Notes under the pieces: model-generated | The model's input: the letters and a program-made list of their open reading frames with translations, nothing else | What the model was told of the DNA's origin: nothing | Databases searched by the model: none | In this document: positions 41,301-49,520 of the stretch, piece after piece | Layout: the number at the start of each line of letters is the position of its first letter | Numbering within the stretch: the first letter of the stretch is position 1 | NCBI GenBank assembly: GCA_050177915.1 | Contig: JBFXGQ010000001.1 | Location: 1 to 52,868 of the forward strand | Source: Pseudodonghicola sp. | GTDB taxonomy: Bacteria; Pseudomonadota; Alphaproteobacteria; Rhodobacterales; Rhodobacteraceae | DNA length: 52,868 bases | Direction: 5' to 3' | Translations under genes and position numbers: made by a program

Positions 41301-41463
41301 CCGGCGGCGCGCCGACATAGGTGGCCGAGACGGTGATCTGCGGCGGCGCCACCTGCGGATACTGGCTGACCGGCAGGTTGGGCAGGGCCAGGATCCCGGC
41401 CAGCGAGATGAAGATGGCGATCACCCATGCCAGGATGGGCCGCCCGATGAAGAATTGCGCCAT
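38356..41463 (-). CDS. RND efflux transporter, AcrB/MexB family
   Basis: 1035 aa; FFIGRPI, GILVDDAIVVVEN, GLSAKNAILIVE, RFRPILMTS. Confidence 0.96.
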   Translation of the reverse strand: MAQFFIGRPILAWVIAIFISLAGILALPNLPVSQYPQVAPPQITVSATYVGAPPEKMYEGVAQPIEEELNGIEGLRYYESTSDASGRISITATFRPGTDVGQATVDVQNAVRRVEAKLPASVVQRGITVKKAGSGFLMVVSLISTDGSREAVDLGDYLTRNVVGALSRIDGVGSVQLFSAARAMRIWIDPEKMVGLNLTSSDVTAAIAAQNAQVAAGQIGADPNPINQQLTATVMVKGQLSTIEEFGNIVLRANPDGSTVRLKDVARIEIGSENYSFGSRLNGQPSAAMGIQLTSSGNALATSTAVRAKMAELEKFFPAGIAYAVPYDTAPFVEKSITKVVETLVEAMVLVFLVMFVFLQNIRYTLIPTLVVPVALLGTLAVMLGTGFSVNVLTMFAMVLAIGILVDDAIVVVENVERIMVTEGLPPREATRKAMSQITGAIIGISLVLSAVFVPMAFFPGASGIIYRQFSLTMVASILFSAFLALSLTPALCASFLKPVPKGHHMQRRGPFGWFNRGFEVTTTGYTGAVQRISKRTAIVMVFYLGLVGAMGFGFVKLPTSFVPNEDQGFIIVDLQAPPTASANRTTAAIEQAEAILKSNEAVANIVAVRGFSFSGTGPTAALMFVTLKDWEERSQSAQDVAMYANMRLFGLKDVRAFALSPPPIQGLGTSGGFSFRLQDRAGNGQQALQAATQQLLAAARTGGVVTGLRTEGMPASAQVILTIDREKANTFGVTFASINATISQNLASSYVNDFPNAGRLQQVIVQADETARMSAEDLLNLSVRNSNGGMVPFSSFATVHWETGPSQVVGYNGYASTRISGAAAPGYSTGEAMAEMEKLAAQLPQGFGYEWTGQSLEERDAGAQENLLYALSVLFVFLLLSGLYESWSIPLSVMLAVPLGVAGSVAAVWIANMPNDIYFKVGLITIIGLSAKNAILIVEFAKDLRAEGKPLLEAAVEAAKLRFRPILMTSLAFTLGVVPLAIATGASSASQNAVGTGVVGGMIAATVFSLFFVPPAFVFVLKLFGRRRGDRPEG

Positions 41464-41473
41464 GGTCCCCGCC

Positions 41474-42619
41474 TCAGTTTCCGGATGCGCCGGCCGTCAC
41501 CGGCTCGGGCTGCACCGTGGCCCCGGGATAGAGCTTCTGGGCGCCCTCGACGACCACGGTCTCGCCGGCGGCAAGGCCGCTGTCGACCATCCAGCGGTCG
41601 CCCAGCGTGGTCCCCAGCTGCACCTGCCGCAGATCGACCTTGTTGCCCTCAGTCAGCACATAGACCTGGGCATTGCCGCGGCCGTCGCGCAGCACCGCCT
41701 TCTGCGGGATGGCGATGGCATCCTGGCGCACCGCCTGCTCGATGCGGACCCGCACGTAGAGCCCCGGCAGCAGCTCGCCGTCGGGATTGGGGAATTCGCC
41801 GCGCAGGGTGATCTGGCCGGTGGTCTCGTCCACCGCGGCTTCGGAGAACAACAGCTTGCCCTTATGCGCATAGGCGGTGCCGTCGTCGAAATAGAGCTGC
41901 ACCGAGGCCTGGTCGGGGGCGGCGGCGACCAGCTCGCCGGCGGCCAGCGCCCGGCGCAGGCGGAACAGATCGGCGGCCGACTGGGTGAAGTCGGCATAGA
42001 CCGGATCGAGCTGCTGGATCAGCGCCAGATGCTGGGTGCCGGTGGCGCTGACCAGCGCCCCCTCGGTCACCAGCGCCCGGCCGATGGTGCCCGAGATCGG
42101 CGCCCGCACCTCGGTATAGTCGAGATTGAGCCGCGCCTCGTCCAGCGAGGCCTCGGTCAGCGCCACATCGGCCTTGGCCTGCAGCACGGTGGTTTCGGCC
42201 TTCTCCAGCTCGACCCCGGCGGCGACATTGCGGGCGCGCAGCTGGCGCTGGCGCTCCAGCTCGACCTCGGCATTGGCCAGCGTCGCCTTGGCGCGCGCCA
42301 CCGTGGCCTCGGCGGCCTTGACCTGCACCTCGAAGGGGGCGGCGTCGATCCGGTAGAGCACATCGCCCTTCTCGACCCGGCTGCCCTGGCGGAACACCCG
42401 TTCGACCAGGATGCCGGAGACCCGCGGCCGGACCTCGGAGACCCGGGTGGAGGAGATCCGGCCCGGCAATTCGTTGATGATCGGCAGCGGCTCGCCCTGC
42501 AGCGTCAGCGTGCTGACCGGAGTGGGTGGCATCTGCTGCTGGGCGGCGGCCGGGGCCAGCGGGGTGGCAAGCCCGGCAATCAGCGCGAGAGCGGCGGAAA
42601 GGCGGAGGATCGGCGGCAT
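41474..42619 (-). CDS. RND periplasmic adaptor, AcrA family
   Basis: ELPGR, EVRPRVSG, APISG, QLDP, VDETTG. Start ATG 42619 gives a signal peptide; alternative start 42685. Confidence 0.93.
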   Translation of the reverse strand: MPPILRLSAALALIAGLATPLAPAAAQQQMPPTPVSTLTLQGEPLPIINELPGRISSTRVSEVRPRVSGILVERVFRQGSRVEKGDVLYRIDAAPFEVQVKAAEATVARAKATLANAEVELERQRQLRARNVAAGVELEKAETTVLQAKADVALTEASLDEARLNLDYTEVRAPISGTIGRALVTEGALVSATGTQHLALIQQLDPVYADFTQSAADLFRLRRALAAGELVAAAPDQASVQLYFDDGTAYAHKGKLLFSEAAVDETTGQITLRGEFPNPDGELLPGLYVRVRIEQAVRQDAIAIPQKAVLRDGRGNAQVYVLTEGNKVDLRQVQLGTTLGDRWMVDSGLAAGETVVVEGAQKLYPGATVQPEPVTAGASGN

Positions 42620-42681
42620 CGGAAACACTCTTTTTCGGAAAGCTTCGGGAGGGCGGATAATCTGACGGGGGGTCTGACGGG

Positions 42682-43248
42682 TCATGGGGCCGGTGTCTCC
42701 TCCTCCGGGTCGACCAGATGGCGGATATCGTCGAGGATGTCATCCCGCAATGGCGGCTCGAAGCGGTGAAAGCCCAGATGTTCCAGCGACATCAACCCGT
42801 GCAGCGCCAGCCAGGCCAGCAGCGCGCGGCGCGGATCGGCGGCCTCGGCGCGGATGCGGGCGATCTCGGTGTCGAAGAAGCCGCGCATCTGCGCCCGGCA
42901 GCAATCGTCCGAGCCCATGCTGGCGGTCAGCAGCACCACGCCCGAGATCTCCTCCTCCGAGGGCGGATGGGCCGCCTCGGCCAGCAGGGTGGTAAGCCAG
43001 GGGTGGCACCGGACGTCGGCGCCGGCCGCCTGTTCGGCGCGCTGCGCCGCCATCGCCTCGATCCGGCGGGTCACATAGGCGGTCATCAGCTGCTTCTTGG
43101 TCTTGAAGTCGTAAAGCACGCTGGCCTTGCTGATGCCGGCCTTCTCGGCCACCGCCTCGATGGTCAGCGCCGCCGGCCCGGCCTCGCGGATCACCGCCTC
43201 GACCGCGGTCAGGATGTCGTCCCGCTCTATCCGCCTGCGCCGTCCCAT
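42682..43248 (-). CDS. TetR-family regulator
   Basis: LTIEAVAEKAGISKASVLYDFKTK HTH; start uncertain (43248, 43257 or 43284). Confidence 0.92.
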   Translation of the reverse strand: MGRRRRIERDDILTAVEAVIREAGPAALTIEAVAEKAGISKASVLYDFKTKKQLMTAYVTRRIEAMAAQRAEQAAGADVRCHPWLTTLLAEAAHPPSEEEISGVVLLTASMGSDDCCRAQMRGFFDTEIARIRAEAADPRRALLAWLALHGLMSLEHLGFHRFEPPLRDDILDDIRHLVDPEEETPAP

Positions 43249-43276
43249 GGGGAGCATCCGAGCCTGTCGTGAATTA

Positions 43277-43318
43277 ATAACCAAATGGTTGGTTATATTC
43301 AGGGCAGGGGGCTGTCAA
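43277..43318 (-). promoter_or_regulatory. TetR operator overlapping a sigma70-like promoter
   Basis: Palindrome ATAACCAA-atgg-TTGGTTAT at 43277-43296; TTGACA at 43318-43313 and TATAAC after a short 15-bp spacer. Confidence 0.65.
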
Positions 43319-43469
43319 CTGCGCCCCCCATGCGTAGGGGATCCCTCTGCCTCGCATCGGGGAGAGGGCCAAAAGGCCCGACGGCAGGAAGATGACGCCC
43401 GGCTGATGACGCTGGCCCGATTAGCTTTAGCTGTCCGGCTGATCCGCTTGCAGCCGGCCGTTGCTGATC

Positions 43470-43615
43470 TGCAGCCCCTGGCGATATCCGAGAAGACCAC
43501 CCGCATCGAGGCGCCCACGAAAACCACGAGGAAGCTGGCAGAGACCACGGACACCGCGCGCCGTCTCCAGACGATGCCCGGCGTCGACCCGATGGCGTGC
43601 TTAGGATGCGAAGGC
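43470..43615 (+). pseudogene. IS110-family transposase fragment
   Basis: ISEKTTRIEA..TDTARRLQTMPGVDPM matches the IS110 motif ARRLxTxPGVGP. Confidence 0.7.
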
Positions 43616-43857
43616 ACTTTCCGGCTTTATCAGGCTCGATAAAATGGAATGAGGAGGTGCATATCTATTTATCGAGCCCTTGGTGATCTCGTGTGAGGCT
43701 CGGATCATCCACGGATAAAGACTTTCGAGGAAAGGGGATCCCGTCCGGGAGTATCCTGAACTCCGTGTATCTGGCCTGGCCCATGCGGCTTCAGATACTT
43801 GAGCGTCGCAAAGCTCGCCGAACATTATGGAGAACTGGTTCCGGGCGACAAACCATG

Positions 43858-44245
43858 TGACCTGCCCCCTGCCGGTCCCTCATTCATAACGAGAGTCTGC
43901 AGGTTGGTTGAAGCGATACCCATCTTCGGACCAGCAGCGTGTAGAGTTTTCCGGCTTTTGTCAGGGTGACGGGCTGGTTACGTCCCCCGATTTCGTCAGC
44001 AAGATCGGCGGCTTGTTCCCGATCGCGCTATGTGGCCGTTCCTCATTGTAGTATCGACGCCACGCCTCCACCTTTTCGCGGGCATCCACAAGGCTCATGA
44101 ACCAGTGTGTGTTCAGGCATTCCTGCCGGAACCGCTGTGAACCGCCCATTGAACGCCTCGATGAAGGCATTGTCCGTCGGCTTACCCGGTCTCGAGAAGT
44201 CCAGGACGACGCCGCGCTGATAAGCCCAGAGATCCATGTCCCGGG
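43858..44245 (-). mobile_element. IS3-family remnant (OrfB C-terminus with frameshift plus right end)
   Basis: LDFSRPGKPTDNAFIEAFNGRF / RQECLNTHWF..YNEERPHSAIG, frameshifted near 44140; terminal TGACCTGCCCC at 43858. Confidence 0.88.
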
Positions 44246-44827
44246 TGGCGTGTATGGCATGGCGGGACCGGCCGGAGGATCACCATCGCATTCCGGCTCA
44301 CGGAGGCCGGCGATTGCCTCCAGATCGCGCTGGTCGCCTTCGGGAGGGCAGAACTGGATGGGCGCGGCACCGGACCGGTCGGAGGCGTTCAGGTAAGATA
44401 AGGTCAGGACCCGCGCGTAGTCAGCGGGGGGCGCGACCGCAGTTCACACCGTTGGCCATCCACCCGCGTCCGGACGCCGCCCCGGAGGTGTTTGAGCGGA
44501 GCGCCGTCCGGCCCCCGCATTTCTACGGTCGGGACCATGAGAAGGTGCGCCTCGTCACCCGCGCGATGAAAGGCGCGCCAGGCCGGGACCGGGCTCCTTG
44601 GGAAAGTGAAGTGAACGGATGGTGCCTGATGTTTGCGCCCTTTTTTCTTCCATTTCCTGTCAGAAGAACCTGAAACAGTTAACTCCCTCACCTTCAGAAA
44701 AAAATACAACTGATACATGCCCCGGCGGTCATCAGTCCGAAATAGTCACCCCGCCCGAAGCCGACACGATGGCGGTCAGCGCCTCCGAAGCCCTTGCCAG
44801 TAGCTCCCCCAACCCTGAATGAGAAAC

Positions 44828-44859
44828 AAAAACCCCCGGACCTTGGTCCGGGGGTTTTT
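44828..44859. terminator. Bidirectional terminator-like hairpin
   Basis: AAAAACCCCCGGACC-tt-GGTCCGGGGGTTTTT, perfect 15-bp inverted repeat. Confidence 0.75.
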
Positions 44860-45021
44860 AGCCAATAACCTAACTTGATTTTCTATCAGCCGCACATATG
44901 GCGGCGAACTGTCGAGCAAGCTATCGGCCAGCCGCCCGATAGGCGGCGAACAATTTAATTCTACCCGGAACCCATCCGCTTCGCAACCCGTAATTTTCAT
45001 TAAATAGTCGACCATGAACAA

Positions 45022-45396
45022 ATGTTTCATGCGGCGAAGTCGGCACAGGGTCGGTGGCTTCCGACGCTGAGCGCGATCAGGACGGTGGCCAAAATCGCGG
45101 TGATTATGGCTCGGAGGTGGGCGAGGATCGCAGAGGACGGAGAAGATCGCATCGCCGAACCGGACCTTCTCGAAGCCATTGTCAGCAACGACGGCAACCT
45201 CTCCTACGGCAATATTGTCAGTGTCCAGGTCGATCCTGATAACTACCAGACCGCCCTCACGGACGATGGTATCGGCGAACTCCGGGACATGCTCATGTCT
45301 GCCCGGGTATCGACCGAGGAATGGCATAGCTTACTCGAGGACTTCGTTGACGATCCCGACATCATCGCACGCGTCAAGGACCCGCCACAGCGGTAG
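45022..45396 (+). CDS. Hypothetical acidic protein (N-terminus possibly frameshifted)
   Basis: The C-terminal 85 aa look protein-like with GC3 bias; the start is poorly supported. Confidence 0.4.
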   Translation: MFHAAKSAQGRWLPTLSAIRTVAKIAVIMARRWARIAEDGEDRIAEPDLLEAIVSNDGNLSYGNIVSVQVDPDNYQTALTDDGIGELRDMLMSARVSTEEWHSLLEDFVDDPDIIARVKDPPQR

Positions 45397-45585
45397 CTAC
45401 CGGGTGCTTACGGCCAATCGTCATAACCACAATCAGGTAAAAGTATTTCCAAAAGGGAGTTTTCTGGATTTTTCTGGACAGCCGCCCGGCGCAGGCTGCG
45501 GCATTTGCGAAAAACTTTTTCTTATATTCAACCTAAAAGTGCCAAATATAATATTTATATCAACATAAGGTGGTAAAAATAGAGG

Positions 45586-45594
45586 TTATCCACA
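45586..45594 (+). promoter_or_regulatory. Perfect DnaA box beside an AT-rich tract
   Basis: TTATCCACA, preceded by a strongly AT-rich segment at about 45505-45580. Confidence 0.4.
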
Positions 45595-45673
45595 TTTCTG
45601 AACTCTAGCCATATTGCTTCAAGGAACCGCTGATCGGGATAATTCCTCATGCCCGGATAGAAAGGAAGTTGGC

Positions 45674-46417
45674 ATGAGTTTTCAGTTCACGCGGATCACC
45701 TCGATCGAGCCTCCGATCCTCAGCAAGTCCTATACGCTGGAGGACGGCCAGCTCACGAAAGCGGTCAGCGCGCAGTTGACCCGCGGCATCGCCGCCCGGC
45801 GTCGCATCGACCGCTTCTCGGCCTTCGTTTCCGAACTGAAGACATTGCAGACTTCCGAAGCGCTGACCTTCGGGATTACGTCACATGACGTGGCCCAGAT
45901 CATCACCACGCGGGCCTATGAAAAACTGCCGGAGTCTCAGAAAGACCTGTTCCTGACGCGCAGCAATGCTCACTTCAGTTGGCCCGAAGGCCCCGCGATC
46001 ATGATGTTCGATATCGATCCCCCCTCTGATGGGGCCGCCCTGTCGCGCGAAAGTGTGCTCAAGCTCTTCGAGGAGGTCTGCCCGATGCTGCGCGAGGTGC
46101 CGAAGATCTGGTTTCCCTCGTCCTCCAGCCACATCTGCTGCAGCGAGACCGGGGAGGATCTGACCGGACTGCGTGGCCAGCGCCTCTACATGCCCGTCGC
46201 GCAGGGCACCGAGATCCCGGAGATCGCCAAAGCGATCTGGACGCGGCTCTGGGCCGAAGGGCACGGGTTCATCCAGATTTCAAAATCCGGCATGCGGCGT
46301 AAGTCGACGCCCATCGACCGTACTGTTTACCAACCCTCCCGCCTCGACTTCGCCGCTGGGGCCGCGACTGGGCCCGGCCTGTTTCAGAAGCGTGGGAAAC
46401 CGGAGTACCTGGCATGA
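45674..46417 (+). CDS. Putative AEP-type primase/polymerase domain protein
   Basis: ATG 45674 after AAAGGAAG; hhhDxD motif IMMFDID, SSS..GLRGQRLY and IDRTVYQPSRLDF. Confidence 0.6.
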   Translation: MSFQFTRITSIEPPILSKSYTLEDGQLTKAVSAQLTRGIAARRRIDRFSAFVSELKTLQTSEALTFGITSHDVAQIITTRAYEKLPESQKDLFLTRSNAHFSWPEGPAIMMFDIDPPSDGAALSRESVLKLFEEVCPMLREVPKIWFPSSSSHICCSETGEDLTGLRGQRLYMPVAQGTEIPEIAKAIWTRLWAEGHGFIQISKSGMRRKSTPIDRTVYQPSRLDFAAGAATGPGLFQKRGKPEYLA

Positions 46418-48354
46418 CCATTCTCGAGACGTTCCTTTCCGCCGCCCTTGTCGCGCCCGATCCGGCACAGATCCAGTTGGCGGCGGACAACCAGGCGGAA
46501 GCGCTGCGCCAGAAGAAACCCGAGGCGGCGCAGATCGCGAAAAGCTGGAGGGCTGGGCGCCTCGCCGAGATGCGGGCCCGCAGCCAGGCATCCCCGGACA
46601 AGCTTGAGGAGGTGTTGTACCGTGCTGTCGCGAAGTCGGAGCTTTGCGGCGACTTCGAGGTGCGCGTTCTCCTTGCCGGCCAGAAGGTGCCCCAGATCGT
46701 GCCGGTCCGTGACCTGCTCTCTACTCCCGAAATCTTTGACGGATGCCTCACGTTGGATCCGCTCGAACCCGAGTACGACGGCCACCGCCCAGTCGGAAAG
46801 CTATACCTCGATGGGACTCCGAGGCTTCACTCGATGGCCCGGGGCGGTCGGACTTACCGCCTGTATCCGCGTCTCGAAGACGCAGGCTTGTCACCTATCA
46901 CTCTTCTGTGGGACGAAGGCAAATCCGCTGAGATCGTCTCTCGCTGCATCGGGCAACTGGAAGATGACGGTCGCTTCTATGCCGCTGGCGATGCTGCCTG
47001 TCGGATCCAGGGCGCGAGGATGGAAGTGCTGACCGAGCCGCTCCTGGATTTCGAACTGTCGCGCCGGATCAAGTTCTTGAAGCGCGGGCGGGGCGGTGAA
47101 ACGAAACCTGTCTCGCTGCCTCTGCGGCAGGTCAAGCAGGTTCTGGGCCAAGCCGCCAGCCAGTTGCCTCCTCTGGAGGCGATCGTCGATTACCCGCTGC
47201 CCCGGCCCGACGGCAGCCTGATCGATCAGCGCGGTTATGATGCTATCACCGGGCTTTTCCTGCGGCAGGATCCCGATCTCTTCCCGGTCCCGGCCTCACC
47301 GAGCCCGCAGGAAATCAGCAGGGCCGTGGAGATCTGCCTTGCGCCTTTCGCGCAGTATCGCTTCCCTTCGGACGCCGAGGGACGCAGCGCCGTTCTGGCT
47401 GCGGTCATGACCGCCGTCCTGCGCCCGGCCCTGCCCGTGGCCCCCTTGATCGCGATCAGTTCTCCCAGCCTCGGCGCTGGGAAAAGCTACCTCGCCGCGG
47501 CCCTTGGAGCCATCGCAATGGGCGAAATCCCCGGCAGTCACAGCTTCCCGGAAAGCGCGACCGAGCTTCAGAAACTGCTGTTCTCGCATTTGCTCGACGG
47601 CAGCCGCATCGTGAACATAGACAACGTCGACCGGGCCCTGCACAGCAACGAGTTGTCGAGCTTTATAACCTCCTGGCGATACGTTGGCCGCATTCTGGGT
47701 TCCAGCGCTGTCAGCACCCGCCTGCCGAACCGTGCCCTCGTCGTGATGAATGGTCTCAACCTGAGTTTCGGCGATGGCCTGTCCCGCCGTCACATTCCGC
47801 TGCGGCTCTCCGCGGTTGGAGCGGATGCCCTGACCCGGGCGTTTGACTTCACACCGCCCGAACTGGCCCTGCAGACGCGTGACGAAATCATCACCGCCGT
47901 GCTGACGCTGACCAGAGTGCAGGCGGATGGTCACGTCAGGGAGCGGAGCTTCGGAAGCTTCGAGGCCTGGTCGCAGCTGGTGCGGGATCCAATCGCCATG
48001 CTGGCCCGGACCCGCGACGACCTGGGTCTGATCGACCCGCTGGACTTCCTGTCGTCCGGGGTCCGGAACGATGTGCAGACGGACAGTCGCGGAGAGCTTT
48101 TGGACTATCTCTCGACCCTCGGCCTTGCGGATGAATTCACCTCCACCCAGTTGCGGACTGTCTGCGCAAGGGACGGCGTCTGGGAAGATCTCGTGACGTC
48201 CGTCTTCCCGCACGGTAAGTTCTCCACTCCCCGCGGCATCGGCCAGGTGTTGTCCCAACTCATTGATCAGCCCGCGAACGGGCTTGTCCTGCGCTCGCGC
48301 AAAAGGGACGGGATGAATCTCTGGCGGATTGAGCGGCACGGGACCCTTGCCTGA
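46414..48354 (+). CDS. Primase-associated P-loop helicase/ATPase
   Basis: Walker A SPSLGAGKS, Walker B IVNIDNV, RILG motif, NGLN..LSRR, likely C-terminal winged helix; ATGA-coupled to the upstream ORF. Confidence 0.7.
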   Translation: MTILETFLSAALVAPDPAQIQLAADNQAEALRQKKPEAAQIAKSWRAGRLAEMRARSQASPDKLEEVLYRAVAKSELCGDFEVRVLLAGQKVPQIVPVRDLLSTPEIFDGCLTLDPLEPEYDGHRPVGKLYLDGTPRLHSMARGGRTYRLYPRLEDAGLSPITLLWDEGKSAEIVSRCIGQLEDDGRFYAAGDAACRIQGARMEVLTEPLLDFELSRRIKFLKRGRGGETKPVSLPLRQVKQVLGQAASQLPPLEAIVDYPLPRPDGSLIDQRGYDAITGLFLRQDPDLFPVPASPSPQEISRAVEICLAPFAQYRFPSDAEGRSAVLAAVMTAVLRPALPVAPLIAISSPSLGAGKSYLAAALGAIAMGEIPGSHSFPESATELQKLLFSHLLDGSRIVNIDNVDRALHSNELSSFITSWRYVGRILGSSAVSTRLPNRALVVMNGLNLSFGDGLSRRHIPLRLSAVGADALTRAFDFTPPELALQTRDEIITAVLTLTRVQADGHVRERSFGSFEAWSQLVRDPIAMLARTRDDLGLIDPLDFLSSGVRNDVQTDSRGELLDYLSTLGLADEFTSTQLRTVCARDGVWEDLVTSVFPHGKFSTPRGIGQVLSQLIDQPANGLVLRSRKRDGMNLWRIERHGTLA

Positions 48355-48387
48355 ACAATGTCGTGAATGATAACCCGACGGGCAACT

Positions 48388-48442
48388 CTCCTCCCGTCGG
48401 GAACTTGATCCCAGTACTATCAACCAGCAAGTTCGGCGGCCC
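48388..48442 (-). pseudogene. IS5/IS903-group transposase micro-fragment
   Basis: Minus frame GPPNLLVDSTGIKFPTGGE matches IS903-type LLVDSTGIKFxGxGE. Confidence 0.6.
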
Positions 48443-48556
48443 ATTAACCGGACCAGCAAGTTCGCGGTCGCTCAAATGGTCGAGAAGGCCGGCAGGCGGA
48501 CGGCCTGGGACTTCCTGGAACACCTGCTGGAGATGGTTCCTTACCGGATCCACAAC
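48443..48556 (+). pseudogene. IS481-family transposase micro-fragment
   Basis: Plus frame INRTSKFAVAQMVEKAGRRTAWDFLEHLLEMVPYRIH matches IS481-type IDRTSKF..VPYxIHT. Confidence 0.7.
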
Positions 48557-48602
48557 CCTACCCGGAACGATGACAAAGTATGGCGCTTCTCTTTCCTCTT
48601 GC

Positions 48603-49037
48603 TCATTTGTGAGGGGTTTTTCCGGTCATGAGCGCGACGATGTGCGCTGCGAGTTCGATGTCGATGTCGGCGGCGATTTCTAGTCTCACCATCCCAGGTT
48701 TCGAAGCGTCAGCTACCGGCCTTATTATGAATTCCGGATCGTCGTCGTTGCGCGGTGGGATGACATCAAGTGCCGCTCTCCCCGGATCGATTGATGATGG
48801 CTGTACACCGAGCGCGTCCGCGATCATGATGAGCTTGGGTCCGGGCAGCGGTGTCCGTCCGGTGCAATATCGGCTCACCGCTTCGCGCGAGATCCCAGTT
48901 CGCCTCGAGAGTTCGCTTTGATTGAGGCCTGCAGCGTCGATCGCTCTGCGTAGACGATGCGGGATCAGCATGTCTGCGAGTGGCCTATTGTCATCTTCTG
49001 GCGCCTTTCCCATTGCCTCTTCCCACTTCTCTGGCAT
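48603..49037 (-). CDS. XRE/cI-like HTH regulator
   Basis: RLRRAI..GLNQSELSRRTGISREAVSRY..IADALGV; ATG 49037 with GGAGG RBS. Confidence 0.88.
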   Translation of the reverse strand: MPEKWEEAMGKAPEDDNRPLADMLIPHRLRRAIDAAGLNQSELSRRTGISREAVSRYCTGRTPLPGPKLIMIADALGVQPSSIDPGRAALDVIPPRNDDDPEFIIRPVADASKPGMVRLEIAADIDIELAAHIVALMTGKTPHK

Positions 49038-49079
49038 CTCCACCTCCAACAGCTGCGTGCGCTTTTGTTTGATAAATTA

Positions 49080-49097
49080 TGATTTTGTGAAATCACA
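49080..49097. promoter_or_regulatory. Candidate XRE operator
   Basis: Overlapping palindromes TGTGA-aa-TCACA and TGATTT-tgtg-AAATCA just upstream of the XRE gene. Confidence 0.4.
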
Positions 49098-49520
49098 GCG
49101 TCTATTTGATATTTTTCGGTTGACGGCGCGAGCAGGATCCGGATAGCGTAATGACATGTCCATCGCTCGCATCATACGCATATGACCGCCTGACCCGGAT
49201 CCGGGGAAGATGATCACGCGTATCGAGCAGGCCGCATGTCCCTTTTGATTGTTGCGGTCTAACAAGAGGTCACTCCTATGGCATGGACAGCTGTTGCGCT
49301 AACCATTGCGCTGTGCGGCGAGCTCGGCATGAGCATCTTCCCGGACATTCCGATCGTCGATCTGAAAATGTATCACATCTGACAATAATCCTCAGTTTCC
49401 TGACAGTTTCTGGGGGTCAGCACCGGTGTGCGGCTGGGTCTTATAAGCCCGGAGCGCCAGATCAACGTAGACGCCCCGGTTCGATTCCGGGGGCTCCTTC
49501 CAAAAATCCGGGAAGTCATC

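Noticed and set aside
38239-41811. 1190-aa plus-strand ORF
   Set aside because: Antisense shadow of the RND transporter.
43633-43678. 11-bp inverted repeat around GAGGAGG
   Set aside because: No credible downstream start or ORF; lies in degraded sequence.
44246-44820. Short ORFs in several frames
   Set aside because: No recognisable motifs; frames interrupted by stops.
44899-44951. Direct repeat GGCGGCGAAC x2 as att site or iterons
   Set aside because: Only two 10-bp copies, no partner at the other island end, no tRNA or integrase.
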